Shown here in pieces: positions 45,007 through 48,094 of a stretch of DNA of 48,094 bases (positions within the stretch are counted from its first letter, which is position 1; the number at the start of each line of letters is the position of its first letter). The stretch is from Deltaproteobacteria bacterium (lineage in GTDB: Bacteria; Desulfobacterota; QYQD01). Both the position numbers and the translations under genes were made by a program. The notes below the pieces were generated by a model. The model was given only the letters and a program-made list of their open reading frames with translations, ran no database searches and was not told the origin of the DNA. Location: the NCBI GenBank assembly GCA_007280345.1, contig QYQD01000002.1, positions 1-48,094 on the forward strand, read 5' to 3'.

Positions 45007-45049
45007 AGGGGATGCCGGTTCCCGCTCAATCAAGGTAATAAAGGGGTAT

Positions 45050-45646
45050 ATGGTACAGAATCTTTTTTGGACCGACGGCTTAGTAACGCAGGAAGAAAGG
45101 GAACAGCACCTTAAACAAAAAGGCGTGACCATCTGGTTGACGGGACTTTCCGCCTCAGGGAAATCCACCATTGCCCGTACCCTGGAAAGAAAGCTCTTTG
45201 ATCTTGGTTGGTTAACCTTCGTCCTGGACGGAGACAATATCCGTCGGGGACTGAACAGCAACCTTGGTTTTTCCCCGGAGGATAGATCAGAAAATATCCG
45301 GCGTATTGCTGAACTGGCCAATCTCTTCAGTATGGCAGGTATAATTAATGTTGTGGCCTTTATATCCCCTTACAGGCGGGAACGAAATCTTGCCCGACAG
45401 CTTGCCGGAAACGGTAACTTTGTGGAGGTCTATGTAAACTGCCCCCTGGAAGTCTGCATCCAGAGAGACCCCAAAGATCTTTACAAAAGGGCGCTTAGGG
45501 GCGAAATCAAAAACTTTACAGGTATCGATGCTCCTTATGAAGCACCGGAACAGCCCGACCTGGTAATCAAGACCGATATTGAATCAGCCGGGGAATGCGT
45601 AAATAACATTCTCCGTTATCTACGAGAAAAGCAATTTATTAAGTAG
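45050..45646 (+). CDS. cysC: adenylyl-sulfate (APS) kinase
   Basis: [19 protein letters not shown]-loop, LDGDNIR, and FISPY motifs. The ATG at 45050 is preceded by AAAGGGG. The upstream TTG at 44993 overlaps uxs. Confidence 0.9.
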   Translation: MVQNLFWTDGLVTQEEREQHLKQKGVTIWLTGLSASGKSTIARTLERKLFDLGWLTFVLDGDNIRRGLNSNLGFSPEDRSENIRRIAELANLFSMAGIINVVAFISPYRRERNLARQLAGNGNFVEVYVNCPLEVCIQRDPKDLYKRALRGEIKNFTGIDAPYEAPEQPDLVIKTDIESAGECVNNILRYLREKQFIK

Positions 45647-45662
45647 AATAAGGGATCTTTTT

Positions 45663-46730
45663 ATGAACCAAGGAAATTATAGAACACAAAGGGCCTTAGT
45701 CACCGGTATCACCGGACAGGATGGATCATACCTTGCAGAATTACTGCTTTCTAAGGGCTATGAGGTGCACGGCATAATACGGCGTTCATCTTCATTCAAT
45801 ACTGATAGAATAGACCATATATACCAGGATACCCACCAAGCGGACTGCCGCCTTTTCCTCTACTACGGTGACCTGTCTGATGGAACGGGGCTAAGGAGAA
45901 TTTTGGAGAAGGTACAACCAGAAGAGGTCTATAACATGGGAGCACAGTCACATGTCCGGGTATCCTTCGATGAACCAGAATATACAGTCGATGTGGTAGC
46001 TCTGGGAACACTGAGATTATTGGAAGCGGTACGGGACGTTCGAGATAGGACAGGAAGGCAGGTGAAGTTTTATCAGGCCGGTTCTTCTGAGATGTATGGC
46101 AAGGTAAGGGAAATTCCTCAGACCGAGACTACGCCATTTTATCCACGCAGTCCTTATGCCGCAGCCAAGGTATATGCCTACTGGCAGACAGTGAATTATC
46201 GGGAGGCCTATGGGCTTTTTGCCTGTAATGGGATACTCTTCAACCACGAGTCTCCACGGCGCGGTGAGACGTTTGTTACCCGCAAAATCACCCGGGCAGC
46301 GACACGCATCAAACTGGGACTCCAGGACAAACTGTATCTCGGCAATCTCGAAGCCAAGCGTGACTGGGGATTTGCCGGTGATTATGTAGAGGCTATGTGG
46401 CTGATATTGCAGCAGGAGGGACCCGATGATTATGTCATTGCCACCGGTAAAAACTACTCTGTTAAGGAATTCTTACAAAAAGTGTTTTCCAAACTGGACT
46501 TAGAATGGGAAAAGTATGTGGAAACGGACCCCCGTTACCTTAGACCTACGGAAGTAGATGCTCTGCTGGGTGATCCCGCTAAGGCCATGCAAAAACTTGG
46601 CTGGAAACCAAAGGTCAGCCTCGATGAACTGGTGGACATGATGATTGAACACGACCTGGAGCTGGCGAAACAAGAAAAGACACTGAGGAATGCCGGACAC
46701 ATTGTCCGGAACAGACGAAACCATGAGTAG
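45663..46730 (+). CDS. gmd: GDP-mannose 4,6-dehydratase
   Basis: [29 protein letters not shown] and FNHESPRRG motifs. Confidence 0.95.
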   Translation: MNQGNYRTQRALVTGITGQDGSYLAELLLSKGYEVHGIIRRSSSFNTDRIDHIYQDTHQADCRLFLYYGDLSDGTGLRRILEKVQPEEVYNMGAQSHVRVSFDEPEYTVDVVALGTLRLLEAVRDVRDRTGRQVKFYQAGSSEMYGKVREIPQTETTPFYPRSPYAAAKVYAYWQTVNYREAYGLFACNGILFNHESPRRGETFVTRKITRAATRIKLGLQDKLYLGNLEAKRDWGFAGDYVEAMWLILQQEGPDDYVIATGKNYSVKEFLQKVFSKLDLEWEKYVETDPRYLRPTEVDALLGDPAKAMQKLGWKPKVSLDELVDMMIEHDLELAKQEKTLRNAGHIVRNRRNHE

Positions 46731-46744
46731 GACTGTTGAGGCCA

Positions 46745-46765
46745 AGGATGAGGATGAGGATGAGG
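46745..46765. repeat. AGGATG hexamer tandem repeat (about 3.5 units)
   Basis: aggatg aggatg aggatg aggtt, immediately after the gmd stop. Confidence 0.6.
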
Positions 46766-46772
46766 TTAAGAA

Positions 46773-46874
46773 ATGGCATATAATTCATTTGAGGAGATGC
46801 CAATTTGGAAGAAGGCCATGGATTTGTCTGTGAAAATCTTTGGTCTTACAGAGGATTTACCTTATGAGAATTAA
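46773..46874 (+). pseudogene. truncated remnant of a four-helix-bundle (23S rRNA intervening-sequence protein family) gene
   Basis: The 33-codon [36 protein letters not shown] matches the family N-terminus pattern SFE-[DE]-[LM]-x-[IV]-W-[QK]-KA...LT..[FL]P. It stops about 90 aa short and overlaps the fcl start. Confidence 0.5.
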
Positions 46875-47880
46875 TTCGCGCATCTATATCGCCGGCCATC
46901 GGGGCTTAGTCGGCTCGGCTTTTGTACGTAAACTCAAGGCGCAGGGATACAACAACCTGATCCTGCGGACCAGTAAAGAACTGGATTTAAGAAGACAGGC
47001 GGATGTTGAGTCATTTTTTGCCGGGGAAAAACCGGAATACGTTTTTTTAGCAGCAGCCAAGGTGGGTGGCATTCATGCCAACAACACCTACCCCGCCGAG
47101 TTCATCTATGATAACATCGCCATCCAGACCAACGTCGTTCACGAATCATGGCGTGCCGGTGTAAAACGACTACTTTTCCTCGGCTCATCCTGTATCTATC
47201 CACGCGACTGCCCCCAGCCTATGAAGGAAGAATATCTCTTGACCGGGCCGCTGGAGCCTACGAACGAACCTTATGCAGTGGCCAAGATCGCTGGTATTAA
47301 GATGTGTCAGTCCTATAATCGACAATATGGGACAAACTTTATCTGCGCCATGCCAACAAATCTCTACGGCCCAAATGACAACCTTGACCTGGAAACGAGC
47401 CATGTATTGCCGGCCCTGATCCGCAAAATGCACGAAGCGGTTTACGGCTTTATCCCGGCGGAACTAAAATCGTTTTTGCTCAGTCCTCAGTCCTCAGCCC
47501 TCAGTCCTGTAGTCACAATCTGGGGCACGGGCACGCCGCGCCGTGAATTTCTCCATGTGGACGATCTGGCAGACGCCTGCGTTTTCCTCATGAATTTATC
47601 TGACGTTACCTTTAACTCAGTCCTTAGTCCTTCGCCCTCAGTCCCGCCTTTAGTTAACATCGGCTGTGGAGAAGATATAACGATCCGAGAATTGGCTGAG
47701 TTAGTGGCGAAGATCGTAGGCTTCAAGGGCGAATTAGTTTTTGACACTTCTCGACCGGACGGTACACCAAGGAAGTTACTCGATGTCAGCAAATTAAGGG
47801 AGCTCGGCTGGCAACCTAAAATAAGCCTAAGAGAAGGAATCCGCCAGACCTGTGAGTGGTATAAAGGGAAGTTTACCTAA
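46864..47880 (+). CDS. fcl: GDP-L-fucose synthase (GDP-4-keto-6-deoxy-D-mannose epimerase/reductase)
   Basis: [36 protein letters not shown] and [10 protein letters not shown] motifs. The ATG at 46864 gives the family-typical N-terminus. Confidence 0.9.
   Translation: MRINSRIYIAGHRGLVGSAFVRKLKAQGYNNLILRTSKELDLRRQADVESFFAGEKPEYVFLAAAKVGGIHANNTYPAEFIYDNIAIQTNVVHESWRAGVKRLLFLGSSCIYPRDCPQPMKEEYLLTGPLEPTNEPYAVAKIAGIKMCQSYNRQYGTNFICAMPTNLYGPNDNLDLETSHVLPALIRKMHEAVYGFIPAELKSFLLSPQSSALSPVVTIWGTGTPRREFLHVDDLADACVFLMNLSDVTFNSVLSPSPSVPPLVNIGCGEDITIRELAELVAKIVGFKGELVFDTSRPDGTPRKLLDVSKLRELGWQPKISLREGIRQTCEWYKGKFT
47479..47513 (+). repeat. CTCAGTC heptamer array (5 units) inside the fcl coding sequence
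   Basis: ctcagtc ctcagtc ctcagcc ctcagtc ctgtagt. It is read in frame as [12 protein letters not shown]. Confidence 0.8.
47616..47643 (+). repeat. CTCAGTC-type heptamer array (4 units) inside the fcl coding sequence
   Basis: ctcagtc cttagtc cttcgcc ctcagtc. It contributes SVLSPSPSV. Confidence 0.75.
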
Positions 47881-47898
47881 CCTGCGTTAGGCCGTGCG

Positions 47899-47953
47899 AA
47901 CCAAACCAACCAAACAAAACCAGATCAACCAGAGTAACCAGAGTAACCAGAGA
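47899..47953. repeat. AACCA-word tandem repeats ending in 3x AACCAGAGT
   Basis: aaccaaaccaaccaaacaaaaccagatc, then aaccagagt aaccagagt aaccagaga, directly downstream of fcl. Confidence 0.7.
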
Positions 47954-48060
47954 AAAGTGACAGTTTTCGTTCATGTCCCCCTTGGTTATACACTATGATG
48001 TAAGATGGAAAAAGTGGACACCAAAGTCGGATACAATAATCTATAGACGGAGGTGTCAGG

Positions 48061-48094
48061 ATGAAAGGGATTCCACAAGGGCGTTACACGAAGG
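48061..48094 (+). CDS. start of an unidentified CDS (3' end cut by window edge)
   Basis: GGAGG lies 7 nt before the ATG. Only MKGIPQGRYTK is visible. RYTxEF-like N-termini occur in IS3-family OrfA proteins, but 11 aa is too little to call. Confidence 0.3.
   Translation, partial: MKGIPQGRYTK

Overview
The window is a gene-dense, mostly housekeeping chromosomal segment of a Gram-negative anaerobe. A Desulfobacterota or deltaproteobacterium-like organism is my inference from gene content, namely LptD, a four-subunit 2-oxoacid:ferredoxin oxidoreductase, MoaA and sigma-54-type signals. It is not a database result.

Recognisable genes, in order:
- mrp(partial), J-domain, plsY, yacP-like, parB, parA with two parS sites
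- an HTH plus ExeA-like ATPase pair
- recO, rodZ-like, surA-like, mfd (minus strand)
- hflX, ompA-family, a REC-GAF-histidine kinase, moaA
- tadA, 2x tRNA-Ser, SRP RNA, dnaX, ybaB, recR
- porGDAB-type oxidoreductase
- an orphan kinase-like protein, rhomboid, a UvrD-like helicase, an MBL-fold hydrolase, folC, lptD
- dnaB, rplI, DUF2232, rpsR, rpsF (minus strand)
- M18 aminopeptidase, radA
- a glycan locus: NusG paralog, wHTH regulator, uxs, cysC, gmd, fcl

I found no CRISPR array, no intact mobile element, no prophage and no recognisable defence system.

The unusual content is non-coding.
- There is a MITE-like family with CGCAGAG/CACAGAG-word termini. I count 4 clear copies plus divergent relatives.
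- Many hairpin elements have arms that are tandem arrays of 7-9 nt words, reminiscent of cyanobacterial STRR repeats. Some copies run into coding sequence at fcl, the helicase 5' end and the regulator 3' end.
- Two copies of a G/C-rich palindromic element are present.
- A hairpin-rich block of about 170 nt lies between rplI and dnaB.

Other items worth checking:
- a near-consensus sigma-54 promoter in front of the HTH/ExeA-like pair
- the tadA ORF reading 49 nt into a tRNA-Ser gene
- plsY and hflX, whose conserved N-termini lack a canonical start codon
- a dnaX A_AAA_AAT site with an upstream AGGAG and an immediate -1 frame stop
- a truncated four-helix-bundle gene remnant abutting fcl
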